From Octopus sinensis (Eukaryota): 64,000 bases of DNA. Shown here in pieces: positions 37,266 to 49,330 of this stretch (position 1 is the first letter of the stretch; each line of letters begins with the position of its first letter). The notes under the pieces were generated by a model. The model had not been told where the DNA came from. It ran no database searches and saw only the letters and a list, made by a program, of their open reading frames with translations. A program made the position numbers and the translations under genes. The stretch lies in the NCBI RefSeq assembly GCF_006345805.1, contig NC_042999.1, positions 28,210,001-28,274,000 on the forward strand. The letters run 5' to 3'.

Positions 37266-38340
37266 TGTATTTATGAGTGGAATTGTTAACTATTCTGCTT
37301 TTTCAATGACTTGAAAATTGACATTATTGAACGATTAATGAAAAAAGAAAAAAATTAAACAGGACAATAAATGAAATAATAATATCAACAACAACGACAA
37401 GAACAAAAACATCAGTAATTATAAATTTAAAAACTGAAATCTAAGAACCCCTTTTAAAAGAAACAAATTTAATTCCCCAAATTTTTTGTTATTTTTCATC
37501 AAAGTCTTTCAATTTCTTGGAATCAATATCAGCAGATGGCGAAGAATAATTATTAAAGATTATGGAAATTAGGCTCATCTTAATGAACATAAAGTAATTA
37601 TAAAAATAACTAACAAAAAATATAAATGATTTTATCACAATGTTTGCCAAACTAGGGTTAACGAATATCTAAGCATTAGCAAAGTTACAAATTGCAATTT
37701 ATTGCATTATTTAAAATAAAAGAAAAAACTGATTTATTTTTTATAATTTTTTTCAAACATCAAACAAGGCTTTGATACAGCCTATTCTGTCTTGTCTTGC
37801 TTTCTTCAGCATGAAGTCCACGTTAGATATGGCTATGTCGGTAACAGGCTTCTTTTGCAGAGAAAAAAAAAACAAAAAGAAAAAGAAAAAACGAGCACTG
37901 GAATTCAAGCTCACTAGCTATGATGAGTAGTATCATGTCAAAAGTTTTCTACGATAGCTTTGGCTCCATGAAAATTACAACGATTCATCTTACTAGTGAC
38001 GTAGATCCTCAAACACAACTTAGGCAATTTTTACCCTTCCCTAATCCGTACAAATTTTAAAATATATTTAGTTATATATTCATATACATCCTGCATGTGG
38101 CTAATCTTTGTGTATCAAAATAACCCCCTAAGTTGTTTACTTTCTCTGCAAACCATGGTAGAGTAGAGCTATATGTGAACAACAGCGTTCCACTTGTGGC
38201 TACCCTGCCATTTTTGTCCATATAAATTCTATAGTACCGTGTATCAAGCAATTTTATTGTAATTAGTGGTGTTCTTGCTATTGTCAAGAAGCGAGAAGAG
38301 TAAGAGCAGCCAGAAGAGGCAGAAACAACCCTAACGACAA

Positions 38341-38940
38341 GGCGGCGAGCTGGCAGAAACGTTAGCACGCTGGGCGAAATGTATAGCCGTATTTCGTTTG
38401 CCGTTACGTTCTGAGTTCAAATTCCGCCGAGGTCAACTTTGCCTTTCATCCTTTCGGGGTCGATTAAATAAGTACCACTTACGCACTGGGGTCGAAACAA
38501 TCGACTTAATCTGTTTGTCTGTCCTTGTTTGTTCTCTCTCTGTTTAGCCCTTGTGTGTAGTAAAGAAATAGGTATTTCGTCTGCCGTTACGTTCTAAGTT
38601 CAAATTCCGCCGAGGTCGACTTTGCCTTTCATCCTTTCGTGGTCGATAAATTAAGTACCAGTTACGCACTGAGGTCGATGTAATCGATTTAATCCGTTTG
38701 TCTGTCCTTGTTTGTCCCCTCTGTGTTTAGCGCCTTGTGGCTAGTAAAGAAATAGGTATTTCGTCTGCCGTTATGTTCTAAGTTCAAATTCCGCCGAGGT
38801 CGACCTTGCCTTTCATCCTTTCGAGGTCGATAAATTAATTACCTGTTACGCACTGGGGTCGATGTAATCGACTCAATCCGTTTGTCTGTCCTTGTTTGTC
38901 CCCTCTGTGTGTAACCCCTTGTGGGCAGTAAAGAAATAAG
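38341..38940 (+). mobile_element. SINE family B, head plus three tandem 183-184-bp units
   Basis: GTATTTCGT unit starts at 38389, 38572 and 38756. Confidence 0.92.
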
Positions 38941-39827
38941 AAACAACACTAACGATGGCAATTGCCTGTGCTGAAGACTGTCGCTAATCGCACCGCTATT
39001 GTTTTCAAAAAACAGGATCTAAATCTCTGAAAATGATTAGAACAGAGAGAAAATAATCCTCCATCATTGGAAAAACAAACTCGGAGCGGATGAGCTAGGC
39101 GTCAGAGAAAACAGGGCCGGTCAAAGACTACCAGTTGCAGTTCCAACCTGATTGGACGGAGATGGTGATGGGAGACATGTAACGAAACTGCCGAGGGCAT
39201 TGCCAAAGGCTTAAGAGAAAGTCTTGGATTGCACGAATTTAATTGTATTTTCACAGAAGAAACAAAAGTGACACGGGACAAGGGAAGAAGAATCAATCGC
39301 ACAAATAAGGAGATAGTAACAGTAGCTACTTCTGACACGCCTTTGTTCTTTCTTGGTCCAAAAATGTCCACAAAATTCCTAATGGAATATTCCTCCTACA
39401 TTATCATTTCGTCATTTGCATTCACGTTGTGGTAATTTCGAGCATTCACTAACAATGTGCCATACTGTTTCAGACACGTTCTGCGTCTCCCAAGGCTCTC
39501 AAAATGTCATCAAAATGATGCAGTAGGTGCGTCAGGCAATCACTTCCATTACAGAATCCATGATGGTTGGAGTTCAGCCTATTATTTCTCTCAATCTCAT
39601 CTGTTGTTTTCATTTCTGTTCTTATTTATTCTCAGATCTGATAAACCATTCTATGATCAAACGTGTTTCATTTATGACAATTCTGTCTTGTTTTGCCTAT
39701 CAGGCTTTATTTACATCGACGTATCAACCAACAACGTCCCATCCTATTATTACGACGGTTGGATGTAATTTCGTGGAGAGTAGGTTTATATATATATATA
39801 TACACAAACACACACATATATATAGAC

Positions 39828-39832
39828 TGATT

Positions 39833-39919
<87 letters not shown>

Positions 39920-39930
39920 GGATAGATAGC
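39828..39930. repeat. (AGAT)n tetranucleotide repeat
   Basis: Direct reading. Confidence 0.95.
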
Positions 39931-41035
39931 TATCTAATCGACAAACAAAGCCTCAGCTGATCGGTGGAATTATTGAGAAAGTTAACATTGTAACGTCCAA
40001 TAATGCTCATGTCCCTCTGGCCGTAATCCATTTTGCTTTCTTTCTTATGGGGCCGATGAAGTAAATTACCAGTAAAATACTGGAATCAATGTAAGGAACA
40101 TGTCCTTTAAAATTGTGATTAAATATCCTTTATTTTACGTCTGTTGGATAAAATATTTCAATCTGACTAGATAGACAGCATTTTCTACTGCTGCTATTTC
40201 TGTTGTTGTTGTTGTTCTTGTTGCAGCTGCTGTTGCTGCTGTTGCTGTTTGTACCATGGTCATATATGGTCAAGCTGCTCTATGGACGAATGCATCTCCG
40301 CTGTGGTCATCTCTACTTTCTATATGACATAGACTTTTATTGTACATAATTACGTTGTCTAAAGCAGTAGAATGTAATTTTAGAGATATCAGTCAATTTA
40401 AGGTTTCACATAGAAGCACAACCATTGGTTCAAGGGGGCATAAGTTTCGTATCTGATAGGAAATATTTTCTAAAGCGTAACTAATGCATGAATTTTGTTT
40501 CAGATTCGAGATTAAAAGCGTCGTCATGGTTCAGAACACTGGATTATCGCCTTACCTAGTATAAAATTGAAATGAATTGATAAAAAGATTGTATGACTGA
40601 GATGTGTAAATCGTGTCGAACACGAAAATATATTAAGATGAAGTCTAGTAGAACGACTTCTGCTGGAATCGAAACCCAGTTGCAAAGAGTGAATGTTAAA
40701 ATATCTAACTGGTCATCCAACTTTCAAGAAATAGCAGCTACCTCTTCCCCATATCAAATTTCACTATTTGAAATAAAGAAATATCACATTCCATAATTTA
40801 GTTCTCTACTGAATCAAATCAGTCACCTGTTGTCAATCAACTAATGGCCAAAAAGCTCAACATCTGGTTGTTATTTTATGTATGCTAGTTTAGACTCTTT
40901 TTGTCTACGCTATTGCCTTGTTGGATAATTAGTCCTGAGCATCGGCTTCATCACAGGGTTTCAACTCATAACATATACATTTAGAATAGCCAGTCATCAG
41001 GTTCGATATTCTATGGCAATATAGTTATGGACCAT

Positions 41036-41431
41036 GGCAGCGAGCTAGCAGAAACGTTAGCACGCCGGGCGAAATGCTTAGCAGTATTTCGTCTGCCGCT
41101 ACGTTCTGAGTTCAAATTCCGCCGAGGTCGACTTTACCTTTCATCCTTTCGGGATCGATAAATAAAGTACCAGTTATGCACTGGGGTCGATATAATCGAC
41201 TTAATACCTATGTCTGTCCTTGTTTGTGCCCTCTGTGTTTAGCCCCTTGTGGGTAATAAAGAAATAGGTATTTCATCTGCCGTTACGTTCTGAGTTCAAA
41301 TTCCGCCGAGGTCAACTTTACCTTTGATCCTTTCGGGGTCGATAAATTAAATACCAGTTGCATACTGGGATCGATCTTATCGATTGGCCCCTTTCCCTAA
41401 ATGTTCGGGCCTTGTGCCTAGAGTAGAAAAA
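41036..41431 (+). mobile_element. SINE family B, two units plus tail
   Basis: Head, unit, unit, then GGGCCTTGTGCCTAGAGTAGAAAA. Confidence 0.9.
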
Positions 41432-42931
41432 ATATATTTATGGACCACGTCAGGAGAAAAAGCATACCATAACCGACCTGAGCGGGATTTGGACACAGAG
41501 TGCAGAGTTTCAGATCGAATGCCGCGAAGTATTCTATTCAAAACTGTTACGGATCTGCTTAAACGTCGCTTTACAACAACAAAAAAAGAAAAATTAAAAC
41601 AAATATGACGTCGCTAGAGTCATGGTATGAACCTTAATCCCGATAAATCTTTAATCGAACTGACATCTTACAGTAATGAGAACCTACGTAACAACTTCTG
41701 CACAGTAACTATATCTGATAGAAATTGCAGCTAATACTCCAGTAAAATGCATAATACTGTCTTTAAAAAGAGATCGACATATTAGATAATGTAATGCTAG
41801 AGACACTGTGTCCGAATAAAAGAGATTCGATGATAAATGGTGTGAATATCTTTGATGAAAGGAGTAAAAAATCAGATCCTAGCATCGACTGAACAGCAAC
41901 GACAATAGCAGCTAAAAGAAAAAGAACAAAAGCAATGACAACAACAACAACAAGAACAGCAGTAACAACAGCAGCAACAACAACCACAACTACAACGCCG
42001 GTGCAGACAAATATATTCTTGCATCATCGCTTTACCTACTAGGGACCATATTACTTTAGAAAAAAATGAAAGGCACAGTAGATAACGCAACGATAGTGGC
42101 GTCATAACTTTGTTGTTACTTTCTTCAATATCAGGCAAAGTATAAATGTCTGATACGTTACACCATAATACCCTAATTATAACAGTTTGTATCTTCTTCG
42201 GCAAACTAAATGTCGATGATGCTAAAAATACACCAGGTTTTTTTTTATCAGACATTGTCATTACTAGAAGCCAAAAGAAACAGAGGAGATCAGTATTTAA
42301 GCCTCTTGTGCGGCCTGAACTGAGGCTAATAAACTGCTGTGTATGCACACGAGTTACTTGCAGCAATATCCCCCACAAATAACTCTTCATTGTATTAAAA
42401 AATAGAGATAATTAGAGTGTACGTTAAATACTATAGTTCGAGGTACATAATTCCTATAAGAAAGTACAATACAAAAAATAATGACTTGCTCGCCAGAGCT
42501 GTGACACGGTTCATCATTAAGCTGATTAATTTCCGTAGGACTAAGGTAAAACATCATCCACACAATCAACACGATAAAACAAACTAATGATAAATACATT
42601 CTTCACAATGGTTCGGTTCTTCCTAACTACAAGGCAGAACAGTAAGAATCATGTGAGATATAGTTTCATTATCGATTGCAGATATATATATAGCCATCCA
42701 CGAACAAAGGTGTTATGATATAATCCGTTGCATGATTACAGCAAATAATCTGGTTTCGATCCAATTAAAGAAAAGCATTAACTTATTAATTGTGTAGGAA
42801 GCACTTGTCATTCTACTACTGCTAACGATTTACACTTTTTACCGTATTTTCATTGATGTTTAACGAACACCGAATGTTATAATGACATAAAATAACATAG
42901 CATTATATATATATATATATATATATAGACG

Positions 42932-43710
42932 CGAGGTCTGATTAATAAGTATCCCGACCGTTGCCATAGTAACGAAGCTAAAGCATGCAGAGTAAAGCCG
43001 CTTGGCAAAAATTGACTTTGAATGCTGCTGTGCATGCGCACTAAGATTTAAATTCTACTTCGCATCCGCTGTTTACAACAGTGCTTGGAATGAATATGTG
43101 TAGCGTGTGATTGTCGCATTGATAATGACAGAGAAAGCTGTCACGGTCATACCAGCTCAGAGGCCTACACAATGTTGCAGGAAGTGTATAGAGAGGAGTG
43201 TATGAGTCGCACAGAAGTGTGCGAGTGGTTTAGACGTTTCCAAGATGGCCGAAAAATGCCGATATTGACGAACGTTCTGGGTGACTCGTAATTAGCAGAG
43301 GCGCGAAAAACATCGCAGATGTGTGTGCAGCTGTGAGGGGAAATCATCGACTCAGAATCCGTGAGTTATTAGAGGATGTGCAGATGAGTTACCGTACACT
43401 TCAGTCCATTATCACCCAAGATTTAGGTATGAGACGAGCGTTTGCCAAGTTTGGTGCTCGGGTTTCAGTGACACAAGATCTCCTTGATTGTGTCGAGAAC
43501 GAGGAAAACTTTTTGAAAACTTTGCATAGGGTACCGCCAGGTATCACCAAGCATTTGGCAAAATTTGATGCAGATTCTCTGCTCAACTTTGTCTTGTTCA
43601 ATGTGACGATCACACGGTACGCACGTTCATTCCAAGCACAGGTGTAAACAGAGGAAGAGAGCAAAAACGTTAAGACTTAGTGCTCATGCACAACAGAGCA
43701 CTAAGTCTTA
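42932..43710 (+). mobile_element. Rearranged mariner (Tc1/mariner) relic: 5' half plus an inverted second 5' piece
   Basis: TIR-like CGAGGTCTGATTAATAAGTATCCCGAC after (TA)n. Plus strand encodes HTSSEAYTMLQEVY..ECMSRTEVCEWFRRFQDGR...RLRIREL...IITQDLGMRR..AKF (mariner HTH). Minus strand 43520-43695 repeats the 5' UTR and encodes KVEQRICIKFCQMLGDT. Confidence 0.85.
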
Positions 43711-43802
43711 GCAAGCGCTAATATATGATTTATAAAACGTGACATATTAATAAATATGTGTAAATATAAAACTATCCAGATTTCTGAGTACCTCATTTCT
43801 TG

Positions 43803-43840
<38 letters not shown>

Positions 43841-43841
43841 T

Positions 43842-44014
43842 TTATAATTAAGGGCTAAAGAAGGTTATTCTAAAGCCAATACACTGATTAATCCACTTAT
43901 AATCCACTTGTCACAGGAAAATTGAACAGGAAAATTTTCCTGTAATAAGTGGATTATAAGTGGATAAATCAGTGTATTGGATTTAGAATAACCTTCTTTA
44001 GCTCTTAATTATAA
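43842..44014. repeat. Fold-back palindrome (arms 43842-43923 and 43933-44014)
   Basis: About 82-bp arms that are reverse complements, 9-nt spacer, adjacent to (TA)n. Confidence 0.9.
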
Positions 44015-44136
44015 GATGTTTATACTTCAACTGTAAAGGTTTTTTTAATATACTGCCACGCTTTTTGATGGAATCCTTTTCTGTAGAGAAAGGGACTTCA
44101 TCCTATATTGTTAGTAGTATATATATATATATATAT

Positions 44137-44168
<32 letters not shown>

Positions 44169-44280
44169 ATATACATACACGCACACACATATATAATTAA
44201 TCTAGAAAAACGAAGGAAAACAACGAAAAACAACAACGTAAAGTCGTGGTGCATGTAAAGTCTTAACAGACGCTCTGGGA

Positions 44281-44324
<44 letters not shown>

Positions 44325-44346
44325 AAAAGAGAAAGATAGATAGATA

Positions 44347-44381
44347 GTTTTACGTTTGGAGGAAAGCTCTTCTTCAGAAAC
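44347..44381 (-). ncRNA. Degenerate minimal hammerhead motif
   Basis: GUUU-CUGAAGA-A-GAG(CUUUC)CUC-CAAAC-GUA^-AAAC; G12 is replaced by C, so probably inactive. Confidence 0.45.
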
Positions 44382-44950
44382 AGGAAACAGAGGTAAGTCC
44401 AAGAGAGAAGGAAGGGAAGACGGAGGAAAAAATCGCCGACGATCCACAGAAGGGAATGGGTGAAGAAAAAGTTCTTTCTAAGACAGGCGAGTGTAAAAGA
44501 AGGAGGTATCTGTGTTCATATGTGGATATGTGCGTGGGTAGAAGTGTATGTGTGTGTGTGTAATAGCGTGTATGTATGTGTGTGTGGTGTTGACTGTTTA
44601 TGTGTGTATGTGTAGTTGAACATTGTATCTGTTAATGTTGTAGGAAGAATTCAGCAGCATGGTAACAGGGGTGGAGGTCTTTTGTGTAGTCGTGTGTTTC
44701 TTCACAAGTGCGTAGAGGAATGGTCAGTAGAAAAGTGATTGATTGGTAGTTTGAAGCATGTGTATATGTGATATGTATATGTGTACGTGCATGTGTATCC
44801 TGCGTGAGTGTGGTGTGTGTGCGTGCGTCTGTGTTTGGGTGTGTCTCCATGTGTGCGCGTGCGTGGGTATGTGTGCGTGTGTATGTGTGTATGTGAGTGC
44901 GTGTATGTGTGTGTTTATGTGAGTGCATGCATGTGTGTGTATATGTATTT

Positions 44951-45161
44951 CACTACTGCCCACAAGGGGCTAAACACAGAGGGGACAAACGGATTATGTC
45001 GATTACATCAACCCAGGGCGTAACTGGTACTTAATTTATTGACCCCGAAAGGATGAAAGGCAAAGTCGACCTCGGCGGAATTTGAACTCAGAACGTAACG
45101 GCAGACGAAATACGGCTACGCATTTCGCCCGGCGTGCTAACGAGTCTGCCAGCTCACCGCC
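44951..45161 (-). mobile_element. SINE family B, single unit
   Basis: Reverse-complement head and core. Confidence 0.9.
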
Positions 45162-45560
45162 GTGTATGCATATATGTGTGTGTATATGTATATATGTGTG
45201 TGTGTGCTTGTGTGTGTATATATACATATATGTATGTGTGCGTGCGATCGAGTGAAGGAACAAATTAAAGGATGTACTACTCAACACATTTGGCTGCCGT
45301 TACTTTTATTTCACAGTAGTTTGATTCACCACCTCTTGTAAGATTAGTGAGTGTCAAATGTGTGAACCGTATAAGATGTCTCCGAAAATCTACTGATGTA
45401 GACGAATCATATTCTCATTATACATGCGTACTGTCTGTCTATCTATCTATCTAGCTAGCTAGCTAGCTATCTAGCTATCTGTCTGTTTCTCTCTGCCTCT
45501 GTCTGTCTATCAATGTAATACATGCATGCATATATATATAAATTTTATATGCATATATAA

Positions 45561-45611
<51 letters not shown>

Positions 45612-45820
45612 AGGCGAGCTGGCAGAAACGTTAGCACACTGGGCGAAATGCGTAGCTGTATTTCGTCTGCCGTTACGTTCTGAGTTCAAATTCCGCCGAG
45701 GTCGACTTTGCCTTTCATCCTTTCGGGGTCGATAAATTAAGTACCAGTTACGCACTGGGGTCGACGTAATCCGTTTGTCTGTCCTTATTTGTCCCCTCTG
45801 TGTGTAGCCCCTTGTGGGTA
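45612..45820 (+). mobile_element. SINE family B, single unit
   Basis: Head and core; inverted relative to 44951-45161. Confidence 0.9.
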
Positions 45821-45848
45821 GAAATATATATATATATATATATATATA

Positions 45849-45990
45849 TAACGGGAAACTTTACGAAAATAAACAAAAGACGAAGGCAGGTGGAGTACAA
45901 ACAAACAAATGTATTAGTATGGCGCTCAGGAATAGAAATAGAAAAAGTCTTTTACGTTTCGAGCCTACGCTCTTCGACAGAAAGATACAC
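45849..45990 (-). mobile_element. Second copy of the ~145-bp hammerhead-bearing repeat at 30720-30866; hammerhead at 45948-45985
   Basis: AACGGGAA.CTTTA.GAAAATA.ACAAAAGACGAAGGCAGGTGG...GTATGGCGCTCAGGAA shared between the two loci. Motif UCUUU-CUGUCGA-A-GAGC(GUAG)GCUC-GAAAC-GUA^-AAAGA; starts directly at a (TA)n tract. Confidence 0.75.
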
Positions 45991-46340
45991 AGAAAAAAAA
46001 GGAGAGAAAAAAAATGTGTGTAGGAACTAACTATCTATCGTGGCGTCCTGACTACGGACTGTGGTCAGACACGAGAAGGACAGTAGGGAAGATAACAGGG
46101 TCAAGTGGCTTCCAAAATGATGGTGCCCCCAACACAAAGGTGCGTGTGTGTATAAGTGAGTATGTATGTCCGTGTGAAAGAGGGCTGGACGTGTGTGTGT
46201 ATGTATGTGTAGGTGTAAAGATGTGGGGATGGGTGTGCGGGCGGTGTGCTGTGGGTGGTGTATTCTGATGTAATGTGTAATGTATGGTGTATAGTGTAGT
46301 CCTCGCGTTGTGTTTTTTTTGTGCTTTCTTGTTTGGATTA

Positions 46341-46408
<68 letters not shown>

Positions 46409-46458
46409 TATGGATAAGGCGTTTGATTTCGAATCAGAAGATTGCGACAATTTCTTAA

Positions 46459-47557
46459 GGCGCAGGCGTGGCTGTGTGGTAAGAATCTCGCTTCCGATTT
46501 CTGGTCGTCCAGTTGCATTGTTGGATTTGTTTGGTTTAATACACACGTAGTTTTCGGCTGTCCTGTCGGAGTGACGTTTTTCCTCTTCTATAATGGAGGG
46601 ACATCGAGCGAGAAGCTGGGAGAAGTTGAAGTATTCTTCCCTAGAATATTATTCGTCTGAGGAGGAATTAGTTGAATACTTGGACAAGATGGACAAGGAA
46701 ATGGAGAAGGGGAATTCTGCAGAGTAAAAATTGAAGAAATCAATCTGGAAGAATTGAGTGAGTTCAAGGAAATGCTTGAAATGGAGGGGAATGATGTGAA
46801 AGTGTTCCCCACCAAAATAGTATTAAAGGACAAGGAAGAAAGAACAATTGTATACAGAACTTACACCACAGCAAAGAAAACTGAAGTGGTGTCAAAAGCA
46901 CAGGTGGAAAAATAACTGAGATAGCATACCTTGCCAGCAGTTGAAAATATGGAATGGTGGAGGTGCAGTTTAAGGAGATAGCAACTGCCAGACTGTACTC
47001 ACCCTATAGCTGAAGACAGACGTGGTGGTACTTCTACCCACGTACCTCGGGAGACGTACTTCCAGGGTTCGGGGGGAAGACATACCATCAGAAGTGAATG
47101 TAGCCTTGCTGGTGGCTGCTATACTGCTGGACATGGAAGTGAAGGTGTTGGTTCTGCTGGCCACAAGAAGGCCCCACAGGCATTGGAAAGGAAACACCCT
47201 TGAAATGGTGGTACAAATCGCGGAGAAGGAGTTGGTAAAAATGGTTGGAAGTATCACAGTGGGAGAGTCCACTTTAAAGGTCAGAGAAGAAGGGACGATT
47301 CCGTGATGTTATAAATGTAGCCTGTAACGCTACATTTATACACTAAGAATAAGGACAAAGTAAAATTACTACCTGCTTTTATAGCAAGTTGATGCAGGTA
47401 GTTTATCTCGTCCCACTCAGACTTTTAGTTCATGCAATTGAAAAAATTCACCGCGTGGCACCTTGGGCAAGTGTCTTTTACTATAACCTCAGGCCAACTA
47501 AAGCCTTGTGGGTCGATCTGGTAGACGGAAACCGAAAGAAGCCCATCGTATATATGC

Positions 47558-47609
<52 letters not shown>

Positions 47610-47737
47610 CATTTGTGTGTCTGTGTTTGTCTTTCACTATCGGTTGACACCGGTGTCGATTTGCCCATGTAAAGGTGGTGCTTCAGTATGGCTGCAGTCA
47701 AATGACTGAAACATGTAAAAGAAAAAAAGAATAAAAG

Positions 47738-47738
<1 letters not shown>
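46459..47738 (+). mobile_element. SINE family A split in two (46459-46495 head; 47449-47738 body) by a LINE ORF1 fragment
   Basis: The head GGCGCAGGCGTGGCTGTGTGGTAAG..CTCGCTTCC resumes as CAC.GCGTGGCACCTTGGGCAAG about 950 bp later, with the B-box region missing. Confidence 0.75.
46590..47330 (+). pseudogene. Decayed non-LTR retrotransposon ORF1 (L1/Tx1-like, ending in a CCHC knuckle remnant)
   Basis: Broken frames end in LKVREEGTIP*CYKCSL, resembling the ORF1 V..EGR.P.C..CG..GH zinc knuckle. Confidence 0.45.
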
Positions 47739-47798
<60 letters not shown>

Positions 47799-48105
47799 TT
47801 TTTTTAAACCGAGGGTGGGCAATGCGAGCAGCAACTAAAGGAACATTACAAAATCCACAGAAAGATCAAACACATACATATACACATATATTCATTTATA
47901 TCTACAGAACAGATATAAAGCCCGACGTTTCAAAATTTAGTAATATATAAATATATCATATAAAAATATATAAATATACAAGAGAATTAAAGTTGCATAT
48001 ATGACACCTTGACTTTACAGCTCATTTGAGCACTACTATTCCAGTCTGTTATATATCTTGAGCGTTGTTGTCACTAACGATCTCAAGATATAACTTTATA
48101 TTTTG

Positions 48106-48176
<71 letters not shown>

Positions 48177-48639
48177 CACATACAGACATGCACACACACA
48201 CTCACACACACATATATGCATGACATATATCTTTGGATGACTTGTAAAATAGAAACCACCCTCTGTTAAACATCTCAACACCAGATATCAATTACAGATT
48301 AATAATACTGTGCATTACATTAAAACAAATATGAATCATGAAAGATAACCATATGTTTTACGCTACACGAGCATTTATAAGCATTTATAAGTCTTTTGTT
48401 CAAATGCTGGAATATATAATTAAGAAAGGGATGGGATTCAAACCACAGAGGTTTTCTCAAGATAGAAGTTAAAATGTTCTTATATTTAAAAAAAGGAATG
48501 TAGTAGATTTTGTGAAAATGCGTACAAGTTCAAGGACGAATTCTTACTAGATCCATAGGCATAAATAAAGAGAGAATAGGACCTTTACAATTGGATACTG
48601 AAATTAATGTAAATTGTTTCAAATTTGGTAGAAGGCAAG

Positions 48640-48820
48640 CATTTTTGGAGGGGAGTTAGTTAATCACATTAACTGCAGTGCTCGACTGGTACTTATTTTA
48701 TCGATCCCGAAAAGATGAAAGTTCAAAATCAACTTTGGCGGAATTTCAACTCGGAACGTACCGCAGACGAAATGCTGCTAAACATTTTGTTAGGAATGCT
48801 AACGTTTCTGTTGGCCGCCG
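48640..48820 (-). mobile_element. SINE family B, diverged single unit
   Basis: Reverse-complement core and head. Confidence 0.75.
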
Positions 48821-48899
48821 GCTTTTCGAAATTATTAATCAAAAGAATTCCGCTATCTAGAGAAAGAATTGGATCGTGGAAGTGAGGTAGATGCACATA

Positions 48900-49055
48900 A
48901 ATAAGAAGAGAATTAGTTCTTAGCAGCAGTGTGGGGAAGCCATAGTAAGGAGATACCCACATAAAATTTAAGAGTGGATTCTTATTCAAAGTAAATGAAA
49001 ATATGAACAGCAAGACGCACATCCTCACATACCATATACACACACACACACACAA

Positions 49056-49095
<40 letters not shown>

Positions 49096-49330
49096 ACTTA
49101 TTGCCCCAAATGCAAGGAGAATTATATTGAGGAAACCAATAATGCCTTTTGCCAACGCCCAAGAATTCACAGACAGCACATCCGATAAAGGAATCTCGGA
49201 AAATTCCAGTGAGCAAACATTTGGAAATATGTGGAGAGGAAAATTCCAAAAGATAACGGGACTATATTTCACAAAACGTCCTCAAAAAAGTTATTATAAC
49301 TATATATTTTTGACATTATATACGAATTCT
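48900..49330 (+). pseudogene. Penelope-like GIY-YIG endonuclease fragment interrupted by a (CA)/(TA) microsatellite
   Basis: FKVNENMNSKTHILTYHI-[microsatellite]-TYCPKCKENYIEETNNAFCQRPRIHRQHIR...KIPVSKHLEICG matches F.I.....C.S.N.IY.I.C..C...YIGET...R...H... Confidence 0.7.

Noticed and set aside
38389-38940. Regularly spaced repeats resembling a CRISPR array
   Set aside because: Units are 183-184-bp full tandem copies with no unique spacers, belong to a dispersed SINE, and there are no cas genes; the DNA is eukaryotic.
39050-39790. Several acceptor-like sites and 70-100-codon frames
   Set aside because: Frames conflict on both strands and none resembles a known family; cannot be supported without RNA data.
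40935-41002. CUGAUGA...GAAAC on the minus strand (similar partial matches near 28920-28952 and 29305-29350)
   Set aside because: No helix I or II pairing and no valid cleavage triplet in register, so not a hammerhead.
41872-42390. 172-aa minus-strand ORF
   Set aside because: No recognisable motif, the last third is (AAC/AGC)n read-through, and there are no convincing splice sites.
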